A stretch of 64,000 bases of DNA from Squalus acanthias (taxonomy: Eukaryota), in assembly GCA_030390025.1 (NCBI GenBank), contig CM059432.1, forward strand, positions 23,686,001 through 23,750,000, given 5' to 3'. Shown piece after piece: positions 24,444-35,875 of this stretch. Every line of letters begins with the position of its first letter. Positions within the stretch are counted from its first letter, which is position 1. A program made the translations under genes and the position numbers. Under the pieces are notes generated by a model. The model saw nothing but the letters and a program-made list of their open reading frames with translations, ran no database searches and was not told the DNA's origin.

Positions 24444-25207
24444 GGCCCAAAAATTCGGCCGTTCCCGGGTGAGTACACAGTCCGTACTCACCCGTATTCA
24501 TTCCCGAAGTGCCGGTTTCCTGCATGCACTGCGCATGCGCGGGAAACCGGAACTTCCGGTATGGTGAAGGGGGCGGTTCCTAGGTGAACCGCGTGCGCGC
24601 TAGAGGCTGCGCGCACGCAGCACACTTAGATTTTTTTTCAGGTTTCAACGTGAGGGTAAGTATTGAAGATTCTACGCTAGTAAAAAGGAAGCGTAAGACC
24701 CCTTTTGAACAAGGTAAATAGTTAATTAAGTATAATTTTAAATTTTTTTCAACAGGTTTATCTTTTTTAGATACTTTAAAGAAAGGTAAGTTTATTTTTA
24801 TAACGTTTATAAAGTATTTTAATTTTTTCAAAAATTTAAATTTTTGTTTAAAGTGGTTAATTTATTTAACTATAGTTATTTTATAAATGTGATGGTTTTT
24901 AAAACAAATTTATTTGAAGTTTAGCTGTTCTTTTGGGGCCGATTTCAATTCACAGATTTGACAGGTTCCTGTCAAATCTATGAATGAAAGATGGTCTGCT
25001 GCCATTGGCTCTCCATGGCCCACGTGATCCCAGGGGACGCATCACACTAACTACGCCCCTGGAACACGCAAGCACTGCGCGCCGGCTCTTGGGAGAGGCC
25101 CGGGACCCGAAGTTCCTGTGGGCTCAAAACACAACGGCAGGCGCGGTGAGTAAGAGCGCGCACGATCCTTACCCCCGCGGCAAGCCGGCCACGCAAATTT
25201 CTAGGCC
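24444..25207. mobile_element. PIF/Harbinger-like MITE, family A
   Basis: Ends GGCCCAAAAATT/AATTTCTAGGCC with TSD AGT. Homologous to 13778-14253. Confidence 0.85.
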
Positions 25208-25994
25208 AGTATCTTTTATCCTAACTCGGTCATTCACTGAATCACAAAACGGCAGAACTCCCGATTGTAGGATGTATTTTCTCTCTTGCTCTGAATACAA
25301 AAAGTCAAAGATCAAGCAAGATATTGTAGCTATATTCTGACTTTAAAGATTAAATCTGACCTACACCGTGACAGTTTTTGCCAGAAAGCAAATAGTAACT
25401 TATCATACAACCTTTTTTTATAGTGAGTACAACTCAGGATAAAGAATTAATCAAGTTCTTTGTCCTGGAAGGAAAAGAAGATTCTTCTCCTAAGCTGTCT
25501 TGTCCGGTTGTGGTTCTCCTGAAAACTCTTGTAGAATGGGCTATTTTATATGGTTTTCTTTCAAATCTGCCGTTTGATCATTATACATTATATGGGTTGA
25601 TTTAAACACCCAAAAAATTCTTATCGGTTTGCAGGCTTTGTTCCTTATCTCTGCACCTGTCAACATTATTTCTTCTTATCAGGTACTTCAGGTTTTATAG
25701 CTTACGAAGGCTCCATTTCGTCTTGCTGACTCAAACGCTGCTCTCTCCAAACATCCTGGACAATAAGCAAAGACCATCATGCATCCTGATTTTGGTCAAG
25801 CTGACAGATCTCTTTTTTTAACCAAGAAATCAAGGGTTTCAATTTCATTATTTTAGTCTTCTTTAAAACAAGTGTCAAAAGTCCATAATGAAAGGTACAA
25901 AATCCTTCACTCCCTCTTCCTCTCGCTACAATCAACAGACTTTTAAACTTAAAGGTTAATCTATCCTAACTACTGCTTCCTGAGTTATCATGTC

Positions 25995-26147
25995 TGGGAA
26001 ATTCCTCGAAGTGGGTCAATCTCTGCCACCGTAACTTCACTGGAAGTGCAGCGGAAACCCCGTTCACGCACGTAAACGAGATCGCCGTGGCACTTCCAAT
26101 GAGTTTATACCGGCGGAGCATAAGCAGCTCCGAGGAATTTCCTGGCC
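25995..26147. mobile_element. Short palindromic MITE-like element
   Basis: GGAAATTCCTCG...CGAGGAATTTCC termini with imperfect internal symmetry (tggaagtgc/gcacttcca). Confidence 0.6.
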
Positions 26148-26967
26148 CATGTCTTTAAACCCAGGTCTTGGGGGAATGGATCGTTTGCCACTTACCCAGA
26201 CTCGTATCGATTTTAATTTGTTGGTAACAACTCAAATTTTATTTATGTTGAAGGGAAATTATATTCTACTGAATCATCTCATAATCCTAAAGATTGCAAA
26301 CCTGTTGTTTACTATTGCCTTGCTTTGTTTCTATATTTAATCCTTTCAAGTCACTGGTAAGAGCCTCAGAGGAGACATCGTTGATTAAATCTTGTTTTCA
26401 GTTACATTATAAATTACTCTCAAGGTTATTTTCCTTGCCTCTCAGTGAGGCGGTACCTGGCGTGGGTTTTTACTTGTTCTTTCTCACAGCAAACACTGTT
26501 CACTTGCTATGTGGGTCACATGGACGTGAACTTGCTGTCTGTGGTATTCACCTTGGAGAAGCATTGTACTACCCTACCATTCTGCTCTCTGTTGCAGATA
26601 TTTTACTGTTATTGGAGTGCCATTTTCTAGTCGATCATTGATAAATGTCTTGAGTAATATTAATCCTTTGAATGGCATTATTATTGATCAATTTAAAAGG
26701 CATTTAAAATTTCTATTCGCTAAAATAAAGCATAGCTGTAATTTTAGGAAAGTAATCAGAGGCCTGTGCTCATGAAGAGCTTTGTACCTTTGGTTTAAGA
26801 ATGAAGGAAACAAGCCATTTTTCTTGGAAAGCAGTGTTTTTTTATCACATTTTGAATACATTTGCAGTAGAAACATCCAAACCCTGGCAGTGGTGCAAAG
26901 AAGCACCAAGAGGCTGATACCGAATGTCAGAGGACTGACTTAAGAGGTAAGGATTAAAAAGACTATC

Positions 26968-27859
26968 GGGGAGAAATTCGGTATCGCCCCGTTTGGGGCG
27001 CAATTATTGGCCGGGCGCAAAGTTTAGCGCCTGGCGCTAATTATCGCTTCCGACTGCTTCTATCGCCCCTGGAGGTGATTGGAGCGCTAAATCAGGCGCT
27101 ACACACCTCTCTTAAGGCGCTAGCGCCGAGGAGCGAGGCACTACCTCAGAGTGCTGGCGAAGCTCATGTGATGTCAGTCAGCAATGGAACACAGACACAC
27201 TGGCGCCAGCCAGTTCTTAAAGGGGAGGGTTGATCTTGCTCTCCATCCACACCCTGCTCATTGCAGCCTTGAATCTCGGCCTGGAGAGAACTGTACATCA
27301 AATCTGCTGGAAAGAACAATGGAGAGGCCCAGGGAAAGAGCTCAGAGTTCAGCCCCCACAGTCTCTTCTAAATCGATGCAAGGAAGGTCAAATCAAAAGG
27401 AACCTGCAAAGTGCTGCTTAGTACCCAAAACTCCTTCACACAGCGTTGAATCTCTCCAGAAGTCTCTCTCTCTCTCTCTCTCTCTCTCAGAATGCGTGGT
27501 GCAAAAATGTTGCCGACAAAAAAAGGCAGGAAGCGGTCGCCTTTAAATAGCGCTCCCCCAGTCCCTTCCCAACTGCAAAACGCTCCCCTCAACCTTTCGT
27601 TGCTAGCGGCAGGCGGTAAGGTAGGGGGCGCCACTCAATATCCGGTCCGGGGTGCTACTGGGGCGTTGCACGCTCGACTGACATCACGATCTGTGGGCGC
27701 AGGAGATCGAGGCGGTAGTGTTTAGCGCCACCGCAAAATGTCTGGTCAATTTCACGAGCGGCGCAAACATCGCCGCGCCTGGACGCTGGTTTCTTTGCAC
27801 CCCATTAGCGCCGTCTTACGCCGCTAACGGGAGGCGCAAAGCAACTGAATTTTTCCCCC
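26968..27859. mobile_element. Harbinger-like non-autonomous element inserted in an old CR1 fragment (about 26870-28140)
   Basis: TIRs GGGGAGAAATTC/GAATTTTTCCCC and CpG-rich arms. CR1-like sequence flanks both sides. Confidence 0.75.
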
Positions 27860-28463
27860 ATGGATTCTGCAGACTTAAAAGGAGGGAACCTTCTAAGGGT
27901 ATACAAGATACTAATATCGAATAGAAAAGATGAATCCAGATCACTATTTCAAGTTAAACCATGACTAGGACAAGAGGACTTGAGTACAACCTGATAAATT
28001 GCAAGTTCAGGACTGATTTCAAGAAAAAAATATGTTCACACAGAGAGTGGTCAATATCTGGGCAGAAGGCAAAAACTCTGGAATTATTCAAGAGGTAGTT
28101 AGGGGTCATGATGTTGGGTCCATAGGTTTCTAAGGAAGGATGAGGTGAATGTGCCAAACCGTTACATTCAGCTAATTATGGAGATTTACCTGAAATAAAA
28201 GAATAACTGGTGACATTGTTGTCTTTCCTTCCCACTTCTTTGAATTTGAGCTTCCACCCACCATCTGGATCCACTTTCATTGGTCCCAGTCAGATTCCCT
28301 ATATGTCCATTCTAACCTTCAATTCAGTTAACTGTGAATTGCGTAGGACAGTTTAATGCTGTGGAATCAAAGTGTCGATAGGCACTTGAGTCTACTTAGA
28401 CTTATTTCACTTAAGGCCTATATTCATGACTTGGAAAATTTAAAGCCATAGAGAAGGATCTTT

Positions 28464-31037
28464 ACATTACATAGGATATACGGCACAGAAACAGGCCAGT
28501 CGGCCCAACCAGTCCACGCCAGTGTTTATGCTCCACTCGAGCCTCCTCCCGTCTTTCCTCATCTAAATCTATCAGCATAACCCTGTATTCCCTTCTCCCT
28601 CATATGTTTGTCCAGCCTCCCCTTAAATGCATCCATACTATTCGTTTTAACCGCTCCCTGTGGTAGCGAGTTCCACATTCTCACCACTCTTTGGGTAAAG
28701 AAGTTTCTTCTGAATTCCCTATTGGATTTCTTGGTGACTATCTTATATTGATGGCCTCTAGTTATGCTCTTCCCCACAAGTGGAAACATTCTCTCTGTAT
28801 CCACTCTATCAAAACCTTTCATAATTTTATAGACCTCTATTAGGTCACCCCTCAGCCGCCTTTTTTCAAGAGAAAAGAGACCCAGCCTGTTCATCCCTTC
28901 CTGATATGTATACTCTCGCATTTCTGGTATCATCCTTGTAAATCTTCTCTGCACTCTCTCCAGTGCCTCTATATCCTTTTTTATAATAAGGCGACCAGAA
29001 CTCTGTGTGGTCTAACCAAGGTTCGATACAGGTTTAGCATAACTTCCCTACTTTTCAATTCTATTCCTCTGGAAATAAACCCTAGTTCTTGGTTTGCATT
29101 TTTAATGGCCTTGCTAACCTGTATCAATACTTTTAGTGATTTGTGTATTTGTACTCCGAGATCCCTTTGTTCCTCTACCCCACCTAGACTCGCACCCTCC
29201 AAGTGATAAGTGACCTCCCTATTCTTCCTACTAAATATAATACCTCACATTTGTCTGTGTTGAACTTCATTTGCCAATTATATGCACATTCTGCAAGTTT
29301 ATTAATGTCCTCCTGTAATTTGTTGCAGTCCTCCTCATACCCCCCCCTATTTGGTATCATCCGCAAATTTAGAAATTGTGTTTTTGATTCCAAAGTCTAA
29401 ATCGTTAAAGTAAATTGTGAACAGCAGTGGTCCTAGCACTTATCCTTGTGGAACACGACTACCCACCTTCTGCCACTGTGAATAGCTACCCTTTACTCCT
29501 ACTCTCTGCTTTCTGTCTTGAAGCCAGCTAGCAATCCATTCTGCTACTTGTCCCCTGACTCCACATTCTCTGACCTTATTCATTAGTCTATTATGGGGTA
29601 CCTTATCGAAGGCCTTTTGAAAATCTAGATAAATTACATCTACTGCATTACCATTGTCTACTCGTTCTGTTACCTCTTCAAAAAATTCAATTTGGTTGGT
29701 CAAGCAAGATTTTCCCTTTTGAAATCCATGCTGACTATTCATTATTATATTTTTTGTTTCTAGATGTTCTTCTATTTTCTCCTTTAATAGGGATTCCATT
29801 ATTTTTCCTACCACAGATGTTAAGCTGACTGGCCTATAATTCCCTGGACATGTTCTATCCCCCTTCTTAAATATAGGTATTACGTTAGCCAGTCCTCTAG
29901 CACTACACCTTTTTCTAACAAATTATTAAATATGTGTAGTAATGCCTCTGCTATCTCTTTCCTAGATTCTTATAAAATACGTGAATGCAATCCATCCAGA
30001 CCAGGGGTTTTATCCTCTTTGAGTTTGATTAGTTTATTTAATATATCCCCTTTTTTATTTTAAATGCACTTATCTCATTACTCATCTCATCATCCAATGT
30101 CATGTCCACCTGTTCTATCTCCCTGGTAAATAGCGAAGCAAAATAATGATTTAATATTTCTGCCATCTCCTTATCGTTACCAGTGGTATTGTCCTGTCCA
30201 TCCCTTAATGGCCCTATTCCCATCCCAACCTTTTTTTAAATTTATGTGCCTGTAAAATATTTTACTATTTTGTTTTATGTTCCTTAATAATTTAATTTCA
30301 TAGTTCCTCTTTGCCTTCCTAATTTTTTTTGACTTCTGTCCTAATCCCTTCGTATTCTCTCTTATCATGCACTCCTCTAATGTCTATGTACTCAATGCAT
30401 GCCTCTTTCCTTACCCTCAATTGTTTCCTTATGTTTTTATTCATCCATGGAATCTCATTAGTGTTTAGTTTGTTCTTACCTTTTAGCGGAATATATTTTT
30501 CCTGCACTCTGTTGAACACCATTTTAAATGTTTCCCATTGTCGTTTTACATCGTTGTTTGCCACTATTGTTGCCCGTTTTATCTTCCCAAGTTCTATTCT
30601 CAGCCCCTCAAAATCAGCTTTTCTCCAATCTATTAACTTGTTTTTTGTCATTCTTATGTCCTTCTCTATTGTCATCTTAAAGCGTATTATATTATGGTCA
30701 CTGTTGCCTATATGTTCCCCTACTTTTATTTCTCATATCTGCTCTGGTTCATTCCCCATAACTAGATCCAATAGCGAATCCTCCCTTGTTGGGCTTTTTA
30801 CATATTGGGTTAGAAAGGAGTCCTGTAGACATTGTAGGAACTCCACTCCCTTATCCCCTTTACCTACCTCTTCTGTCCAATTAATAACGGGGTCGTTGAA
30901 ATCCCCCATGATTATTATTCTATGTTTTTTACTCATTTCTCTAATTTGTCTGTATAGTTCTTCCTCCACCTCCCTTCCACTATTAGGTGGTCTGTAGACT
31001 AAGCCTATTAGTGTCATTGATCCTTTATTATCTTTCA
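28464..31037 (-). mobile_element. CR1 LINE ORF2 (EN part + RT), same subfamily as 21400-24310
   Basis: Minus-strand ORFs VYRPPNSGREVEEE, YLDFQKAFDKVPH and RRNFFTQRVVRMWNSLP, nearly identical to the + strand copy. Confidence 0.95.
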
Positions 31038-32309
31038 CACGTCTAATCTAGGTTCAAATTTGGGATAAAAAATACAAAAACAACAGTATTTTACCTAAAG
31101 CACTACCCAGTTCTTTATTACCTTAGCGTCATCATCCTGGTGCATCCCATTTTACTAACCACATGTTATGCCATCATTGCTGTAACTCTAGTTGCTTTCA
31201 AAACAATTCCAATTTTTTTTTAGATTTTTTGGAAGATACAAGATGTAAAGTTTACACGTAATTTCCCGGTAGCTGATGAGTTTCAAATCTAGGCCATACC
31301 CAAAATTGCAATTCCACGCTTTAGACACAACTTTTGATTTTATATCACTGTGGTAACTGCAGAGGAGACGGTCTGACCATCAGCAAGGACATTATGAGGA
31401 AAACTACACTGAGCACTAAGTTGATCAATGGGATAACTTCATCTTCTTTTCCCCTGACTCTACACTTATGTATTAGGAGAGTCATAATCATAAATCAACC
31501 GGATCACTGAATATCGTTCAGATCATTCAGTAACATCAAATTGACAGATGGTGACAGGACAATGCAGAAATGTTTGCAGTCAGTCCTTACATTGTGATGA
31601 TTTTGACTTTCTCTAATTGGATATCCAATGCTATATTGTTCCACTTCCATTTTCTATTCTGATAAACATAGTATATAGAAAAATACTGATTTAATTGGTA
31701 TTTTGTTACTGCTGTTCTGACTGTTATGATAATTAACTTGCTTTTTTTTTGCAATGGCAATTTTTGTGCAGACGGTTGACACATTTTTGGCAACAAATTT
31801 GGTATATGAGATACAGTACAGTATTACTTCTGAGAACGCAGGCAATTAGTATTTACCATTCGTTACTGTGTTGTAGAAATGTAGGAGGCAGTGCCTCATT
31901 GGAAAGCAACACAAGCAACACAGTGCCAATTGTAGCTGAGAAATGTCAGCACTTAGTCCCTTTCTTGCTGTTGACTGTCTTGATTCATCTTGCAACTTGC
32001 ACTTTATTAATCAATCAAGTTCATTTGCATGAGATTAGACCATTTTTTACACCAATTTTTTCTTCCCCACTCATTAAGACACTGGGGATAAAATTTTCAT
32101 GCTCCCCATTTGTTGGACCCTGGAATTTTCAGGGGCATCCCCAACATGTGCAGACTAAGGGATATCATGAGGTGGGCATTCTCAATCCTCCCGCCTCATT
32201 TTTCTTTTTGATGGCCAGTGGGGCATCCATTTTGATGGGTGCTCAGAAGAAGTGGGCCTCAGGCTCTGTGTGCAGCCCCTCTCCAATTGGAGAGGGGCAA
32301 ACAGCAAAC

Positions 32310-34220
32310 ACACAAGACCCAAAGCATCCATGAGGCGCTGTGGGCCATCAGCAGCAGCAGAATTGTATTTCACCACAATCTGTAAACTCATGGCCCAGCA
32401 TAGCCCTCACTCTACTATTACCACCAAGCCAGGGGACCGACCCTGGTTCAATAAGGAGTGTAGAAGAGCATGCCAGGAGCAGCACCAGGCATACCTAAAA
32501 ATGAGGTGCCAACCTGGGGAAGCTGCAACACAGGACTACATACATGCTAAAAAGCCGAAGTAGCATGCTATAGACAGGGCAAAGCGATCCCACAATCAAC
32601 GGATCAGATCAAAGCTCTACAGTCCTGCCACATCCAGTCGTGAATGGTGGTGGACAATTAAACAACTAACTGGAGGAGGAGGCTCCATGAATATCCCCAT
32701 CCTCACTGATGGTGGAGCCCAGCACGTGAGTGCAAAAGACAAGGCTGAAGCATTTGCAACCATCTTCAGCCAGTGGATGATCCATATCGGCCTCCTCCTG
32801 AGGTCCCCACCATCACAGAAGCTAGTCTTCAGCCAATTCGATTCACTCCATGTGATATCAAGAAACGGCTGAGCGCACTGGATACAGCCAAGGCTATGGG
32901 CCCCGACAACATCCCGGCTATCGTGCTGAAGACTTGTACTCCAGAACTAGCCGTGCCTCTAGCCAAGCTGTTCCAGTACAGCTACAACACTGGCATCTAT
33001 CCGACAATGTGGAAAACTGCCCAGGTATGTCCTATCCACAAAAAGCAGGACAAATCCAACCCGGCCAATTACTGCCCCATCAGTTTACTCACAATCATCA
33101 GCAAAGTGATGGAAGGTGTCATCGACAGTGCTATGAAGCGGCATTTACTCACCAAAAACATGCTCACTGATGCCCAGTTTGGATTCCGCCAAGTCCACTC
33201 GGCTCCCGACCTCATTACAGCCTTGATCCAAACATGGACAATGGAGCTGAATTCCAGAGGTGAGGTGAGAGTGACTGCCCTTGACATCAAGGCAGCATTT
33301 GACCGAGTGTGGCATCAAGGAGCCCTAGTAAAACTGAAGTCAAAGGGAATTGGGGGGAAAATGCTCCACTGGCTGGAGTCATACCTAGCACAAATGAAGA
33401 TGGTTGTGGTGGTTGAAGGTCAATCATCACAGCCCCAGGACATCGCTGCAGGAGTTCCTCAGGGCAGTGTGCTAGGCCCAACCATCAATGACCTTCCCTC
33501 TAACATAAGGTCAGAAATGGGGATGTTCGCTGATGATGCACAGTGTTCAGCACCATTCACAACTCCTCAGATAATGAAGCAGTCCAGCCCGCATGCAACA
33601 AGACCTGGACGACGTTCAAGCTTGGTCTGATAAGTGGCAGGTAACATTCGCACCAGAAGTGCCAGGCAATGACTATCTCCAACAAGCGAGAGTCTAACCA
33701 CCTCCCCTTGACATTCAATGGCATTACCATCACTGAATATCCCACCATCAACATCCTGGGGGTCACCATTGACCAGAAACTTAACTGGACCAGCCACATA
33801 AACACTGTGGCAACAAGAGCAGGTCAGAGGCTAGGTATTCTGCAGAGAGTGTCTCACCTCCTGACTCCCCAAAGCTCTTTCCGCCATCTACAAGGCACAA
33901 GTAAGGAGAGTGATGGAATACTCTCCACTTGCCTGGATGAGTGCACCTCCAACAACACTCAAGAAGCTCGACACCATCCAGGACAAAGCAGCCCGCTTGA
34001 TTGGCACCCCATCCACCACCTTAAACATTCACTCCCTCCACCACCGGCGTACCGTGGCTGCAGTGTGTATCATCTACAAGATGCACTGCAGCAATTCGCC
34101 AAGGCTTCTTCGGCAGCACCTCCCAAACCTGCGACTTCTTCCACCTAGAAGAACAAGGGCAGCAGGCGCATGGGAACACCACCATCTCCAAGTTCCCCTC
34201 CAAGTCACACACCATCCCAT
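32310..34220 (+). mobile_element. CR1/L2-group (Crack/Daphne-like) LINE, 5'-truncated
   Basis: KAMGPDNIP, LDIKAAFDRVWH, GVPQGSVLGP, FADD and ILGVTIDQKLNW. Distinct from the other CR1 copies; clade uncertain. Confidence 0.88.
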
Positions 34221-34867
34221 AAACGAATTAAAAAAAAACAAAATAAGTCTCTTTTATTCCTCCAGGAATGTGGATCAGCATTGCAGATCTGCTGGCTGCC
34301 TCTCAGACTTTCAGTATTTCAGTTTCTCCCCCATTTCCAGGCACTACGATTTGCCAGGGGTAGGTCTGTGCTGAGAGACTGTACAGCCGATGTAAACCTG
34401 AACATAGAAAGACAGGCAGGTTCAGGTCATTGCAGATGGCGTGCGCTTAAGGTCCGCTCTGCTTGCCTGGCACCCAGGAGCAGGAAAATGGCCCCAACAG
34501 GATACAGTTCCACCGACACAGTATCTCATCTGGTTACTCACTCAAATGGATCTTCTGGCTTTGTGAGCCTAGAAAGTGACTGCATGCAGGCTATTTGATT
34601 ATGTTGAGCAAAAAAATTGGACCCCAATTCTATCCTTAACTAATGTCCACAGACACCTGAAATTTCTGGTGGGATACTGGGATAAAGAGCACTGTAGCCT
34701 TAAGCAGGATTTCTTAGCACTAATGATGGAATTCTATTTCTACCCATACATGGGGTGCAAGAACAGAGAGACCTCTGGGTGCTTGTGCACAAATCTTTGA
34801 AGGTGGCAGGACAGGTTAACAACGCAGTTAACAAAGCTTATGGGATCCTGGGCTTTATAAATAGAGG

Positions 34868-35089
34868 TCATGATGCGGAGATGCCGGTGTTGGACTGGGG
34901 TGGACAAAATTGAGAGGTCGCACAACACCAGGTTATAGTCCAACAGTTTTATTTGAAATCACAAGCTTTCGGAACTATCGCTCCTTCCTCAGGTGACTTC
35001 ACCTGAGGAAGGAGCGATAGTTCCGAAAGCTTGTGATTTCAAATAAAACTGTTGGACTATAACCTGGTGTTGTGCGACCTCTCAATTTT
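34868..35089. mobile_element. Penelope-derived inverted pLTR mini-element (91-bp perfect palindrome arms)
   Basis: Arms 34906-34996 and 34999-35089, TSD TTTATAAATAGAGG (34854-34867 and 35087-35100). Sequence shared with the PLE end at 58386-58510. Confidence 0.92.
35000..35035 (+). ncRNA. Minimal hammerhead ribozyme motif (mirror copy on minus strand at about 34960-34995)
   Basis: CAC-CTGAGGA-A-GGAGC(GATA)GTTCC-GAAAGCTT-GTG. Confidence 0.72.
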
Positions 35090-35875
35090 ATAAATAGAGG
35101 CATAGAGTACAAAAGCCAGGAAGTTATGCTAAACCTACATAAAACACTAGTTCGGCCCTAGCTGGAGTATTGTGTCCAATTCTTTGCACCACACTTTAAC
35201 TCTAGGAAGGCTTTGGAGAGGGTACAGAAGAGATTTACTAGAATGGTTCTGGGGATGCGGGTTTATAGTTATGTGGATCGACTGGAGAAGCTGGGGTTGT
35301 TCTTCTGAGAGTAGAGAAGGCTAAGAAGAGATTTGATAGAGGTGTTTAAAATCATGAAAGATTTAGATAGAGTAAATAAAGAGAACTGTTTCCAATGGCT
35401 GAAGTGTCGATAATGAGAGGCCACAGATTTAAGGTGATTGGCAAAAGAACCAGAGGCGACATGAGGAAAAACTTTTTTACGCAGCGAGTGGTTAGGATTT
35501 GGAATGCCTGATAGGGTGGTGGATACAGATTCAGTCGTAGCCTTCAGAAGGGAATTGGATAAATACTTGAAGGAGAAAAAAATTGCAGGGATATGGGGAA
35601 AGAGCGGGGGAGTGTGACTAACTGGATTGCTCTTCGAATGAGCCGGCGCAGACTCAATGGGCCAAATGGCGGCCTCCTGTGCTGTACGATTCTATGATAC
35701 TCTGATTCTCTGGAAGAATTTTATTTTATTCTCCACTTCCTTTTATACCTACTGGATGAATGTTGGTTGGCCTGGAGGAAAAAGTAAAAAAGGTAACTTG
35801 TAGCCAGGCCTGTGCCATTTTATGACTGGATGCTAGTCTTGAGTAAGAACTGCAGGTATGGCAGCTCAACATTCC

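Larger units (their letters stand above)
34745..35705 (+). mobile_element. CR1 3' fragment interrupted by a Penelope hairpin
   Basis: gctggagtattgtgtccaattc and aaaacttttttacgcagcgagtggtt, followed by the tail gattctatgatactctgattct. Confidence 0.88.

Noticed and set aside
30329..30997. 222-aa hydrophobic ORF and similar antisense ORFs (37526..38014, 41829..42356, 55957..56454)
   Set aside because: Shadow frames on the opposite strand of CR1 ORF2.
31749..32333. 194-aa ORF as a nested gene
   Set aside because: No recognisable domain, a non-ATG start, and it runs across unique DNA into MITE and LINE fragments.
34906..35089. miRNA precursor or DNA-transposon MITE
   Set aside because: The sequence matches the end of the GIY-YIG Penelope copy at 58386 and has a long, variable TSD.
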